64,000 nucleotides of DNA, taken from the IMG/VR virus record IMGVR_UViG_3300029288_005873, positions 288,001 to 352,000 of that record; one strand, written 5' to 3'. Source of the stretch: a virus (lineage: Duplodnaviria; Caudoviricetes). Numbering within the stretch: position 1 is the stretch's first letter; each line of letters starts with the position of its first letter. Shown here piece after piece: positions 19,500-28,179 of this stretch. The position numbers and the translations under genes were made by a program. The notes beneath the pieces were generated by a model. The model was not told the DNA's origin. It searched no databases and saw only the letters and a program-made list of their open reading frames with translations.

Positions 19500-22400
19500 C
19501 TATCCTTGAAGAAGTTTTTTTACAAAAGGAGTATTAGACCTTTCCATCGGACGAACTAGAGAATTTCCAGCCCTCCCAACACGTATTACAAGATCGGAAG
19601 TAGACCTTTGTCCAGTAAGTGGAACGCGCCTAAGAAATGAATTCTGACCATGCACATCAAGATGCTCTGACCCTTCACCTGCCACAAAAATATGAGAATT
19701 GGTAAAATGGCATCTAATACGCAAAGCAGCTTCAATGATCCTATTGGGTTCACAGCCCTTAACAGGAATTAATAGAACCGTAGGATACGGAAAACGAGAA
19801 GATTCTCCAGGTTTCCAGGCTGCAAGGATATATTTCATATCATGCATAAGTTTTGAATGAGCTATACCGTTGCTTCTTCTAAGTTCATCATTCGTACAAT
19901 TATGCATAAGATTACAATGAGTACATGCTATTATCCTTCCACCAGTTCTTAGAATACGCATATCAAGATCAGTATCCTGTGAATAATATGGATAATCCAT
20001 GTTAATCCCATCAAATTTTTTCAAGGTCTCTGTATACATACAACCAACTGTTGGAAAATATATACCACTATCCATCCTTACAGTATATACATCTCCCCAT
20101 GAATTTTTTACACAAAATCCACCCATATCTATTGGTGATGATTCATCCATAACAAGACACATATCTGAAAGTGCCGCCCCCTGGGGAACTATATCATCAC
20201 TTAGCCAACAGATGTATTTTCCTTTTGCTATGGCAAGAGCCTCATTGAAGGCTTGAGTAAAGCTTGTTCTTTTGCCAGAAAATATTGGAATTATTCGCTT
20301 GTCCTCACCAGATCGTTTGCGCAACCATTCCTGCGTTCCATCATTGGAACCAGCATCATTGACAATTATTTCTACCGAGTGCAAATTAGAAGATACCAAT
20401 GACGAATCAACCGCTTGTTGTAGCTGGTTTAGACGATTGTGAGTTCCTATAAATATCGTAAGATCTACAGGTTTTCCATTAGCATTATTGAGGAAATTTG
20501 CCCTTCTACTATTCATGCTTCGCATTAGATCAAATACAGCATTTCGAAAAGCTGCTGGATTTTCTAAAGGCAAAACTCCAGGATCCCAAGACCATGTGCC
20601 GATAAGAGACATTGAAAAATATGGCTGTAGAAATGAATCATATCTAACGGTCAAATGATCCACACAAAAACGTAAATCAATCATTCTCTGATCTACATAT
20701 TCCCCTCCAGGATGCCATGCTATAGCGAGCATATTAGGAAGCTTTCTACGCAGATCAAGCATAAGATCTCGCCAAGGAAGACCATCAGCCTGTTCATCAA
20801 GGAAAAGTAATAGAATATCTGGGTTAAAACGCAAAATCTTAGCAACAAGATCTCTACATTCTGTGAATGGTATAGTTAAGAAGTCCATATCATGTAGGGT
20901 CGTTTTTGACATAAGATCCATAGGAGGATCCCTCATGATACACAATGTCCGCTTGAATGTGTAGGAAATTCTGTTTTTTGGAAAGTTTGGCATAATTGCC
21001 TCAAAACATCCAATACGGAGTGCTAGTTCTTTAATACGTAGAACGCGCGAGTGAGAAAGGGCTGTTTTAGCACCATTGTCTCCGATTTTTTTTGCCTTTG
21101 TAGGATCTGCGGAAAGCTGTGCAACCAAAGACGCACTTTCTTCTGGAGAATCAAACAAGAGAAGATCATGCCCATCTTCGCACCATTCAATAATTTCCAT
21201 AGATCGCTTTGCGATCACAGGCACACCACTTGCCATAAGCCCAAAGAGTTTTCGCATAGGACCTTCTACAAAAACGATCGACTTGGCATCAAATAGAGCT
21301 GAGCGACATTCCGTATCACCATGTGCCGCTAGGCGTATATAAGCAGTATTTGGCAAGTGTGTTCGAATTGTTTCTAAATAAGTTTCTGAAGAACTTTCGG
21401 CAAAGATTACAGCATCGCATTTCTGTTCTCTATCTGGGGGGTTAAATCCGACAGCCCCAGCGTCCCAAAGCTCGACATTGAAGCATCCAGCAGAACGATA
21501 AATAGCAAGCTCAATTTCACTTTCCACCAAAGCTAAATCAACAGCTCGAAGGACAGCTAAAGCATTTTTGTCAAAAACAGGCCAACCCGGAGAAAGCCAG
21601 GCTGTAATAAAAACATTGGGAATAGAAAACCTAATATCATTTATTGTTGTTGTTGTAATTGCGGTCGGACGACCAAGATGAAAATGTACAATATTAGCAC
21701 CGCGTTCAACTGCAATTTTACTGAGATTTATAAGATTTCCGTAAACAGGTATTCCTTCGCACCGTATTCCATTCGCTATAAATGCGTCTTTTGTGACAAT
21801 TTCGTCATCAAGTTCAGATACCACTAGTACTTTTGTATCATGTCCAGAAAATCGTGAATATTGAAGATTGTTTGGAATAGGAGAAAGTTCAGCCTTATGT
21901 ATTTGAATTGGTGCTGCTGTCGTCGTCATATGTGGTCTGTTTCGCTTCACCAAACGCATTTGCGGTTTTTCTGGAGCAGAATCTGTGGCTGCCGAAACAG
22001 GTTCAGAAGACGATGATGCAATCATTTTAGGTTCTTGGACAGGGGTGTCTTGCGGAAGAACCTCAAAAGCAATTCGTTTTACTAACAGGGATCCCGTACC
22101 ACCAGGAGATCTCCAAAGTCTGAGCATAATTGGTATATTTGGTGGAAAATCACTGGTTTTTAATTGAAGTTCAAACGTACTCCATGCGGCGCTTTCACAA
22201 AGCATAGGTTGATGGGGAAAATCAAAACTTCGATTTGCATAAAAGTTACAGAAGAGTTTCCCATTCCCACTTTCCCTTTTAAGATCAAGTTGAAGGCGGT
22301 AAACTGAATTGGGTTCCACTTTTGCTGGCACAAACAAGACAGATTTTTCGCCTTCCATTGATTGGCATTTTACGCCACGTTCGTCCCTTTTTGCTACAAG

Positions 22401-22889
22401 ACTTCTGCCGCGCCAAAACTGTTGGTCAAAGCTGTTCATTTCCCACCAGTCCTCCATCTGCTCAAGGCAGTATTTTTTATCAAACGCACTAATATGACGC
22501 GGCTCTGGCATGGGTCCAACACCGCGTGGAAGCTTTACCGCATCAACTTGTTCAATAATTACAATACCAGAACCAGGAGTTCTTGATATTTTGATGAACG
22601 CCAGATTAATAGGTGTGGCAACATTTCCTGTTGTAACGTCTATCTCAAACACATGCCCATTTGGTGGGCAGTTAAAAGAAACCTGTGCAAATTGCTGTTC
22701 ATTTTCCGCACAAATCTCAAAACAAAGAATGCGCCCATCAGTATTTGGGTTTGAGGCCATAACCCTACAACGGTACACAGAATTTTTCTCAAATTCTACG
22801 GGAACGTATAGGCTGGAATCACAATCAAGACCAAAACAGCCATCGTCCATGTGTAGAAAATTTCCCCCCCACAAGCAAGGATCTGACAT
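19500..22889 (-). CDS. Multidomain glycosyltransferase: two N-terminal CBM-like beta-sandwich repeats, GT-B (CgeB-like) domain, C-terminal GT2 domain
   Basis: Repeated VPV/A..E.NSVYR; LMASGVPVI..EDGHDLLLF..PEE; IGTHNR..IIVNDAGSNDGT..AKGKYICWLSDD..QDTDL. Confidence 0.8.
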   Translation of the reverse strand: MSDPCLWGGNFLHMDDGCFGLDCDSSLYVPVEFEKNSVYRCRVMASNPNTDGRILCFEICAENEQQFAQVSFNCPPNGHVFEIDVTTGNVATPINLAFIKISRTPGSGIVIIEQVDAVKLPRGVGPMPEPRHISAFDKKYCLEQMEDWWEMNSFDQQFWRGRSLVAKRDERGVKCQSMEGEKSVLFVPAKVEPNSVYRLQLDLKRESGNGKLFCNFYANRSFDFPHQPMLCESAAWSTFELQLKTSDFPPNIPIMLRLWRSPGGTGSLLVKRIAFEVLPQDTPVQEPKMIASSSSEPVSAATDSAPEKPQMRLVKRNRPHMTTTAAPIQIHKAELSPIPNNLQYSRFSGHDTKVLVVSELDDEIVTKDAFIANGIRCEGIPVYGNLINLSKIAVERGANIVHFHLGRPTAITTTTINDIRFSIPNVFITAWLSPGWPVFDKNALAVLRAVDLALVESEIELAIYRSAGCFNVELWDAGAVGFNPPDREQKCDAVIFAESSSETYLETIRTHLPNTAYIRLAAHGDTECRSALFDAKSIVFVEGPMRKLFGLMASGVPVIAKRSMEIIEWCEDGHDLLLFDSPEESASLVAQLSADPTKAKKIGDNGAKTALSHSRVLRIKELALRIGCFEAIMPNFPKNRISYTFKRTLCIMRDPPMDLMSKTTLHDMDFLTIPFTECRDLVAKILRFNPDILLLFLDEQADGLPWRDLMLDLRRKLPNMLAIAWHPGGEYVDQRMIDLRFCVDHLTVRYDSFLQPYFSMSLIGTWSWDPGVLPLENPAAFRNAVFDLMRSMNSRRANFLNNANGKPVDLTIFIGTHNRLNQLQQAVDSSLVSSNLHSVEIIVNDAGSNDGTQEWLRKRSGEDKRIIPIFSGKRTSFTQAFNEALAIAKGKYICWLSDDIVPQGAALSDMCLVMDESSPIDMGGFCVKNSWGDVYTVRMDSGIYFPTVGCMYTETLKKFDGINMDYPYYSQDTDLDMRILRTGGRIIACTHCNLMHNCTNDELRRSNGIAHSKLMHDMKYILAAWKPGESSRFPYPTVLLIPVKGCEPNRIIEAALRIRCHFTNSHIFVAGEGSEHLDVHGQNSFLRRVPLTGQRSTSDLVIRVGRAGNSLVRPMERSNTPFVKKLLQG

Positions 22890-22901
22890 AATTACCGCCT
22901 C

Positions 22902-25166
22902 CTATGTAAACATACTGTCATATAGGTCTGATATTCCCGCATTATCCTTTCCCATTAATTCTTTCGCAAAATCAAATGCGTGTTTGGACATAACTGTATT
23001 TTGTTCAGGATTACACAGTTTCTTTATAGCGTCTACATATCTATCAGTACCTCCTCGCACTATAAAGCCATTAACCCCGTCCAAAACAACCTCAGGAATT
23101 GCTCCAACATTGGAAGCGACAACAGGAACTCCGGAGGCAAAGGCTTCCAAAATCGTCAAAGGCAAACCTTCCATTGCCGAAGGCAAAAGAAAAGCATCAA
23201 AGGCTGCGTAGAATCGTTCCGTATCAGTGCGACGACCGACAAATATTACATTCCCCAAACTACTAGCCATTTTCTTCAGAACGTTTTCTTGAGGACCGCT
23301 TCCAACTATAACAAATACAGCCTCAGGCAAGGCTCTAGCGCATGATAACACTATTGGAATATTCTTCTCAGGCGAAAGACGTGCTATTGTGCCAACAACA
23401 AAACGATTTGTTGGACAACCAATTTCAGTAAGAACCTGTTTGTTTTTTGGAAGACCGAATTTTTCCCATGCAATCTGCTGTGGCAAATATCGTACGTTTT
23501 TATTACCCTTTTTGGCAAGCTTTGTACAGATTGTCTCAGATACGCCAACAATCATAGAAACATTGCGTCTGGTTGCAACCTTCGCCATAGAATCTTGCCA
23601 AATTAGATCACTGTGAACCGTCTCTACAATCTTGCCACCCCATCCTTCACTCAATATCCTAAGCAACAGGGCATAAACCTGTAGACTGTTGTAAAAATGA
23701 ACTATGTCATATTTTTCAACTTCTATCAGACATTTAAGGGCATTTCCCTCACCTCGATGACTTAGGTTCTCCAAATTAACCCCAAGGTCACCAAAAAGGG
23801 AAACCAATTCGTTCGACATTCCAAGAGGAAAAGCAACCGTTGGTTCATACTTCTCTCTATCAAGGCGCAAAATAGCTTCGCGTACCCAAACCTCTCCTCC
23901 ACCAGCCATATTATATGGAATAACATATAGTATTTTGCGCTTACGTGTCTTTGGAATAAGGTTGTGTTTTTGTGCTAAACACTCTTCCGCAAGATCCGTT
24001 ATCTGTTTTGCAGCAGCAGTCCATGAAAATTTATTAACGGTTTCGTTTGCAGCATCTAATACTCTGGCTTTTTCTTCAGCCACATTGTTATAGACGCGAC
24101 GCATAAGCTCAGAACAATGTTTTGTACTAGGATCACCAACAACAGCGTCTTTTGAATGTGTCCAATATTGCATACTTGGTGGAGCCTTCATCTCACCAGT
24201 ATTAACAAGTATTGAATTTTTATCATTTAGAAAATCTAACTGTCCACCATGTCGTGGTGCTATAACCACATTCCCACATGCCAAAGCCTCAAGCAATGGT
24301 AGTGCAAAACCTTCACAAGAACTCATGCTAACTACCGCATCACAAGCAGTATATAATGATCCTATATCGTCAACAAAAGATGTGACTATCTCTATTTCTG
24401 GAGGATTAGCCCTACCCTTCATTTTATTTTCCAAAATAGCACGCACATCAACCTCAAAAGGTTTGTCTGGAGCAGGCTTTAGAAATTTGGTTTTCATAAC
24501 CAAACACACATCATCATCACCAGTGAAAGCATCAAGATACGCTTCAAGAACACGATCATGGCATTTCCTGGCATGTGGTATTGCGTTATGGAGAAACTTA
24601 ACCCTTTTCTTTGTGTGTAGTGGAAATGGAGCAATTCCTGGGTGGAATATTCTACGATCTACTCCATGAGGGACAACAACAAGTTTGGAACTAGGAATGC
24701 CGTTGTTTAAGAAGATGTCTGATGAATATTGGCTAGATGGAAGTATATAATCTACCCCCCGGTGAAATTCTTGCCAACCACACGGAAGTACTGAACTCTC
24801 AAAATTCCAAATAACCATTTTACTTCTAGATTCACCAAAAAATCTACGCGGAATCTGGTAAAGTATAGTATATGCTAATTCTAAGTCATAAGGTCTATTT
24901 ATATCATTTATATCATCAGGACATTTCTTGCGATCTATAGATACTTCTGATCCATCATCATCCAGAAACACAAGTTCCGGCTGAGAAGGATGCCCGTGAT
25001 ATCCTGGAAGCAGAAGATGTCTAAGGTCATCAGGAAAATGCTCTAACCCATTTGTGGATTTTATATGAACACTATGTCCAGCATTGTTCATTTCTCTAGC
25101 CAAGGCTTGTGTAACAAGGCTCCACGAATGAAGTGTAGCCGCCATGCCATGCCATCTAATCTTCAT
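22902..25166 (-). CDS. Tandem double GT4 (GT-B) glycosyltransferase
   Basis: Two GT4 signatures: EGFALPLLEALACG and EGLPLTILEAFASGVPVVASNVG; also VVPHGVD, GGGE, ARLSPEKN. Confidence 0.92.
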   Translation of the reverse strand: MKIRWHGMAATLHSWSLVTQALAREMNNAGHSVHIKSTNGLEHFPDDLRHLLLPGYHGHPSQPELVFLDDDGSEVSIDRKKCPDDINDINRPYDLELAYTILYQIPRRFFGESRSKMVIWNFESSVLPCGWQEFHRGVDYILPSSQYSSDIFLNNGIPSSKLVVVPHGVDRRIFHPGIAPFPLHTKKRVKFLHNAIPHARKCHDRVLEAYLDAFTGDDDVCLVMKTKFLKPAPDKPFEVDVRAILENKMKGRANPPEIEIVTSFVDDIGSLYTACDAVVSMSSCEGFALPLLEALACGNVVIAPRHGGQLDFLNDKNSILVNTGEMKAPPSMQYWTHSKDAVVGDPSTKHCSELMRRVYNNVAEEKARVLDAANETVNKFSWTAAAKQITDLAEECLAQKHNLIPKTRKRKILYVIPYNMAGGGEVWVREAILRLDREKYEPTVAFPLGMSNELVSLFGDLGVNLENLSHRGEGNALKCLIEVEKYDIVHFYNSLQVYALLLRILSEGWGGKIVETVHSDLIWQDSMAKVATRRNVSMIVGVSETICTKLAKKGNKNVRYLPQQIAWEKFGLPKNKQVLTEIGCPTNRFVVGTIARLSPEKNIPIVLSCARALPEAVFVIVGSGPQENVLKKMASSLGNVIFVGRRTDTERFYAAFDAFLLPSAMEGLPLTILEAFASGVPVVASNVGAIPEVVLDGVNGFIVRGGTDRYVDAIKKLCNPEQNTVMSKHAFDFAKELMGKDNAGISDLYDSMFT

Positions 25167-25218
25167 AATTTTCCTTTATTGGTCTAGCGAGGAGATCTTT
25201 CCATTGTCATAAAGTTTC

Positions 25219-25398
25219 CTATTGTGGATCTTGATTTTTTTCCTTGCTCTGTCTAAACAATGTCGCTATCATCTCGCGAACAACCGCAGTGACAGTTTTG
25301 TAGTTTTGACGAGCATATTCCACAAGAAAATCATGAAGCTCTGTCTCGAGACGCAGGTTGATCTGTCGGCGATCTACATTCTTGTTTGGTTCTCTCAT
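25219..25398 (-). CDS. Arc/MetJ-type ribbon-helix-helix DNA-binding protein (59 aa, below ORF-track cutoff)
   Basis: Manual translation MREPNKNVDRRQINLRLETELHDFLVEYARQNYKTVTAVVREMIATLFRQSKEKNQDPQ; QINLRL strand plus two helices as in Arc; GGAG before the ATG. Confidence 0.8.
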   Translation of the reverse strand: MREPNKNVDRRQINLRLETELHDFLVEYARQNYKTVTAVVREMIATLFRQSKEKNQDPQ

Positions 25399-25469
25399 TT
25401 TAGACTCCAGTTTTTAGAAAGGCATCAAATTATGCCCAGATACGCAAAACGCGCTAAGTAATGCTCAAC

Positions 25470-25480
25470 TATTGATAGAT
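25470..25480 (-). promoter_or_regulatory. ATCTATCAATA motif upstream of the glycosylation operon (candidate phage promoter)
   Basis: Identical 11-mer occurs upstream of the sheath gene and of the divergent gene at 63374, each oriented toward its gene. Confidence 0.6.
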
Positions 25481-25514
25481 TTCTGAACACAAAAGTACAG
25501 AAATTTGAGATAAA

Positions 25515-26684
25515 CTATGATGTCGCTAAGGGAATAGAACGAAACCGCCTTAAATAGCTGCCGCCACTTTGGTACATAATCTTTGGCTGATATCCATTAA
25601 CTTCAGCAGTGGCAGGCGTAGTATTGAGTGTAGCATATGTTCCAACGCTTCCTGAAAATCCATTTCCACCAGAATTTCCAGCAACTTCCCCACTTCCACC
25701 AGCTCCACCTCCGCCTGCTGACCCAAAAGCAACAGAATATGTCCCTTCGGAAAGGTGTCCTTTTGCATGGAAAATTTTTATACGTCCACCACAACCCCCT
25801 CCTCCACCGGCGCCGCCATCGCCCCCATCGCCATTTTCAGCATCTCCACCAACTCCACCATCTCCGCCAACACCACCAGCTCCACCTGTACCTCCTTTTG
25901 CGCCCAAGTATCCAGTACCATATATAACTGCTGGCGCATATAATAGAATTCCACCTCCAGAGCCTCCTCCCCCACCACAGCCTCCACCTCCCCCACCTCC
26001 TCCAGCTCCTGTACTTGATCCACCCGTTCCTCCAAAACCACCTATAGAGGCACTAGTTGCATCACAAGATATGGAACCGCCATTTTCTATCCTAATTGAG
26101 CGTTTTGCTACTAGCCAAAATGAACTTCCACCAGCTCCACCAGCTCCACCAGAATCACCATTTGTACCACTATTTGAACTACCGCCTCCTCCACCACCTC
26201 CACCTCCTCCTCCACCTCCACTTCCAGCCTCTATTGTATTAGTATATCCATCACCATACAAAGATGGGACCCCAACTGCTGGAAAAAAACCATCGCCACC
26301 AGCTTGTGACCCAGAATACCCAGAACCACCAATTCCACCAGTGCTTCCACAGCTTGATCCATTTTGCGAATGAGCGGCACCTTTTCCAGATCCACCACCA
26401 CCAGTTCCAACACCTGAAGTTCCTGTACTACCAGGATCTCCAGGTGTTGGAGTATCTGTGCCACCACTTCCACCACTTCCACCACTTCCACCATTTATTG
26501 TTCCATCTCCAACTACTTCACCAAGTATGTTGGCATCAACACATTCAATTTTATATCCTAACCCGCTGATGTTAAGTGTTGCACCAGCTGATACGGTAAA
26601 AATTCCAACGTTTATGTGGTCGTCCGAAAGTATTACACTTCCAGACACAGTCCAATCATCCCCCCGATGGTCAACAGTCATCAT
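25515..26684 (-). CDS. Glycine-rich virion/fibre-associated protein
   Basis: Long GGxGG runs separated by short hydrophobic strands (GGGSGGGILL, GGGGCGGRIKI); last gene of the structural block. Confidence 0.7.
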   Translation of the reverse strand: MMTVDHRGDDWTVSGSVILSDDHINVGIFTVSAGATLNISGLGYKIECVDANILGEVVGDGTINGGSGGSGGSGGTDTPTPGDPGSTGTSGVGTGGGGSGKGAAHSQNGSSCGSTGGIGGSGYSGSQAGGDGFFPAVGVPSLYGDGYTNTIEAGSGGGGGGGGGGGGGSSNSGTNGDSGGAGGAGGSSFWLVAKRSIRIENGGSISCDATSASIGGFGGTGGSSTGAGGGGGGGGCGGGGGSGGGILLYAPAVIYGTGYLGAKGGTGGAGGVGGDGGVGGDAENGDGGDGGAGGGGGCGGRIKIFHAKGHLSEGTYSVAFGSAGGGGAGGSGEVAGNSGGNGFSGSVGTYATLNTTPATAEVNGYQPKIMYQSGGSYLRRFRSIPLATS

Positions 26685-26712
26685 ATCACCTATTCAGATA
26701 ATTTTTACAATA

Positions 26713-28167
26713 TTATGTATACATTGCATAAATATCAGTATATTGCATTCTAGCCTCTCCTGTTCCAGAAGCAAGTCTTAATTGTATATTTGCAGTTATA
26801 AAACTATCATTAGGTTCATAACCATCATTTATTGCAACCGAATCAGCCTCTAACGCTTCAGAATTTGCTGATGATGTTAATAAAATACTATCCGTACCGC
26901 CAGATCCAACAAAATTGATTTTACATTCGGCAGAACCTCCAGCATCAGAAGCCCATAAAGAAACCAAAGCTCTCCATCTACTAGGAGAAAGGTCTGAATC
27001 CCTCACGATACGAAAAGTCTTTTTTGTAACAAATACTGCTCCAGACTCGGAAAAATAGGAATCGTCAGAAAATACCAAAAATCTGTCGACCGTTCCAGCT
27101 GTGCCAGAAATTGTTTTCGGTCTCCAACGATTAGTTGAACTATCCCAAACCAGGCTATCACCATTAGTAGGTGCTGAAGCGGAGACATTAAAACCTTGTA
27201 ATTGGTCAGCATTTTGAGGTTGGTTAAGATAACCATCAAGATTCTCTACGCTGATTTCATCAAAACCTTCATCTTGATGTGAAGAAGCATGGGAGTGTCT
27301 CGAAGGACGCCAACGACTAGTTCCATCATCCCAAGCCAACAAGTCCTCACTGGATGGTATTGATCCAGAAACAAGAAAACCTTGTAATTGGTCAGCATTT
27401 TGAGGCTGGTTAAGATAACCATCAAGCCCTTGGACGCTTATTTCATCATCACCGGTGTCCTCATGCGTAGAGGCATGTGCTGCTGGTGTCTGTGGAGTAC
27501 TCAAAAGACCAGAAAGACCAGTAACACTTATTTCATCACTACCGCCATTCTCATGCGAAGCAGCATGAGCCTCTGGCGTCTGCGGATCGGCAAGAACACC
27601 AGAAAGACCCGTGACGCTTATTTCGTCACCACCACCGTTCTCATGAGAAGTAGCATGAGATGATGGTGTCTGCGGATCGGCAAGAACACCAGAAAGACCA
27701 GTAACACTAATTTCGTCAGATCCTCCATTTTGATGGGTTAGGTGATGATGTCCGGGTGTCGTTCCTCCAGCTTCTATTCCATCTTCGAGTTGACTAATCA
27801 ATGTTTCAACGGCCACATTCCATCCACCAAGCTCTGTAGTTTCACCCGGAGCCGGAATACGCAATCCAAGAAATGTTGTTTTAACAGCTGCTATTGCTGT
27901 TGCTATCAGTCTACCATTTGCTAAAAGTTGTATAAGGTATGATCCGGCTTTATCTGGAATAAATCCACATGTTGAAGATATATGGGAATCCAATGCTGCA
28001 GATGATCCAATTGGTTTGGACAGCATTCTCCAATTCCACGAAACCAAACTTGTATCAGATTGGCTTGATAAAACTACCAAAATCGAAAGCGCTAAATCGT
28101 CACGACTTTGCCCAGGAACTCCAGCAGGTTTGCCAGCCTGGTTAATTGTGATATTAACAGCAGCCAT
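26713..28167 (-). CDS. Tail fibre-like protein with N-terminal Ig/PKD-like domain and His-containing repeats
   Basis: WNW....P.GSSA.L.......FIPDKAGSYL.QL; repeats HxxxHENGGxDEISVTGLSG; LAWD...RWRP fibre motifs; start at 28167 after GGAGG. Confidence 0.72.
   Translation of the reverse strand: MAAVNITINQAGKPAGVPGQSRDDLALSILVVLSSQSDTSLVSWNWRMLSKPIGSSAALDSHISSTCGFIPDKAGSYLIQLLANGRLIATAIAAVKTTFLGLRIPAPGETTELGGWNVAVETLISQLEDGIEAGGTTPGHHHLTHQNGGSDEISVTGLSGVLADPQTPSSHATSHENGGGDEISVTGLSGVLADPQTPEAHAASHENGGSDEISVTGLSGLLSTPQTPAAHASTHEDTGDDEISVQGLDGYLNQPQNADQLQGFLVSGSIPSSEDLLAWDDGTSRWRPSRHSHASSHQDEGFDEISVENLDGYLNQPQNADQLQGFNVSASAPTNGDSLVWDSSTNRWRPKTISGTAGTVDRFLVFSDDSYFSESGAVFVTKKTFRIVRDSDLSPSRWRALVSLWASDAGGSAECKINFVGSGGTDSILLTSSANSEALEADSVAINDGYEPNDSFITANIQLRLASGTGEARMQYTDIYAMYT
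27180..27745 (-). repeat. Intragenic tandem repeats (~90-nt/30-aa unit plus a longer duplicated unit)
   Basis: tgcggatcggcaagaacaccagaaagacc at 27581 and 27671; near-identical ttgtaattggtcagcattttgagg.tggttaagataaccatcaag near 27197 and 27382. Confidence 0.85.
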
Positions 28168-28179
28168 TCTAGCCTCCAA

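Noticed and set aside
5711-25166. Host O-antigen, capsule or S-layer glycan locus
   Set aside because: No flippase, polymerase, ABC exporter or priming transferase; contiguous with phage genes and shares their upstream motif
5711-25166. DNA hypermodification as the main role of the sugar genes
   Set aside because: No base hydroxymethylase or similar handle-generating enzyme in the window, and the GT set looks too large; disfavoured, not excluded
25609-26373. 254-aa proline-rich plus-strand ORF
   Set aside because: Antisense shadow of the Gly-rich gene (GGN codons read as CCN)
27180-27745. CRISPR-like repeat array
   Set aside because: Repeats are in-frame coding units without unique spacers; no cas genes
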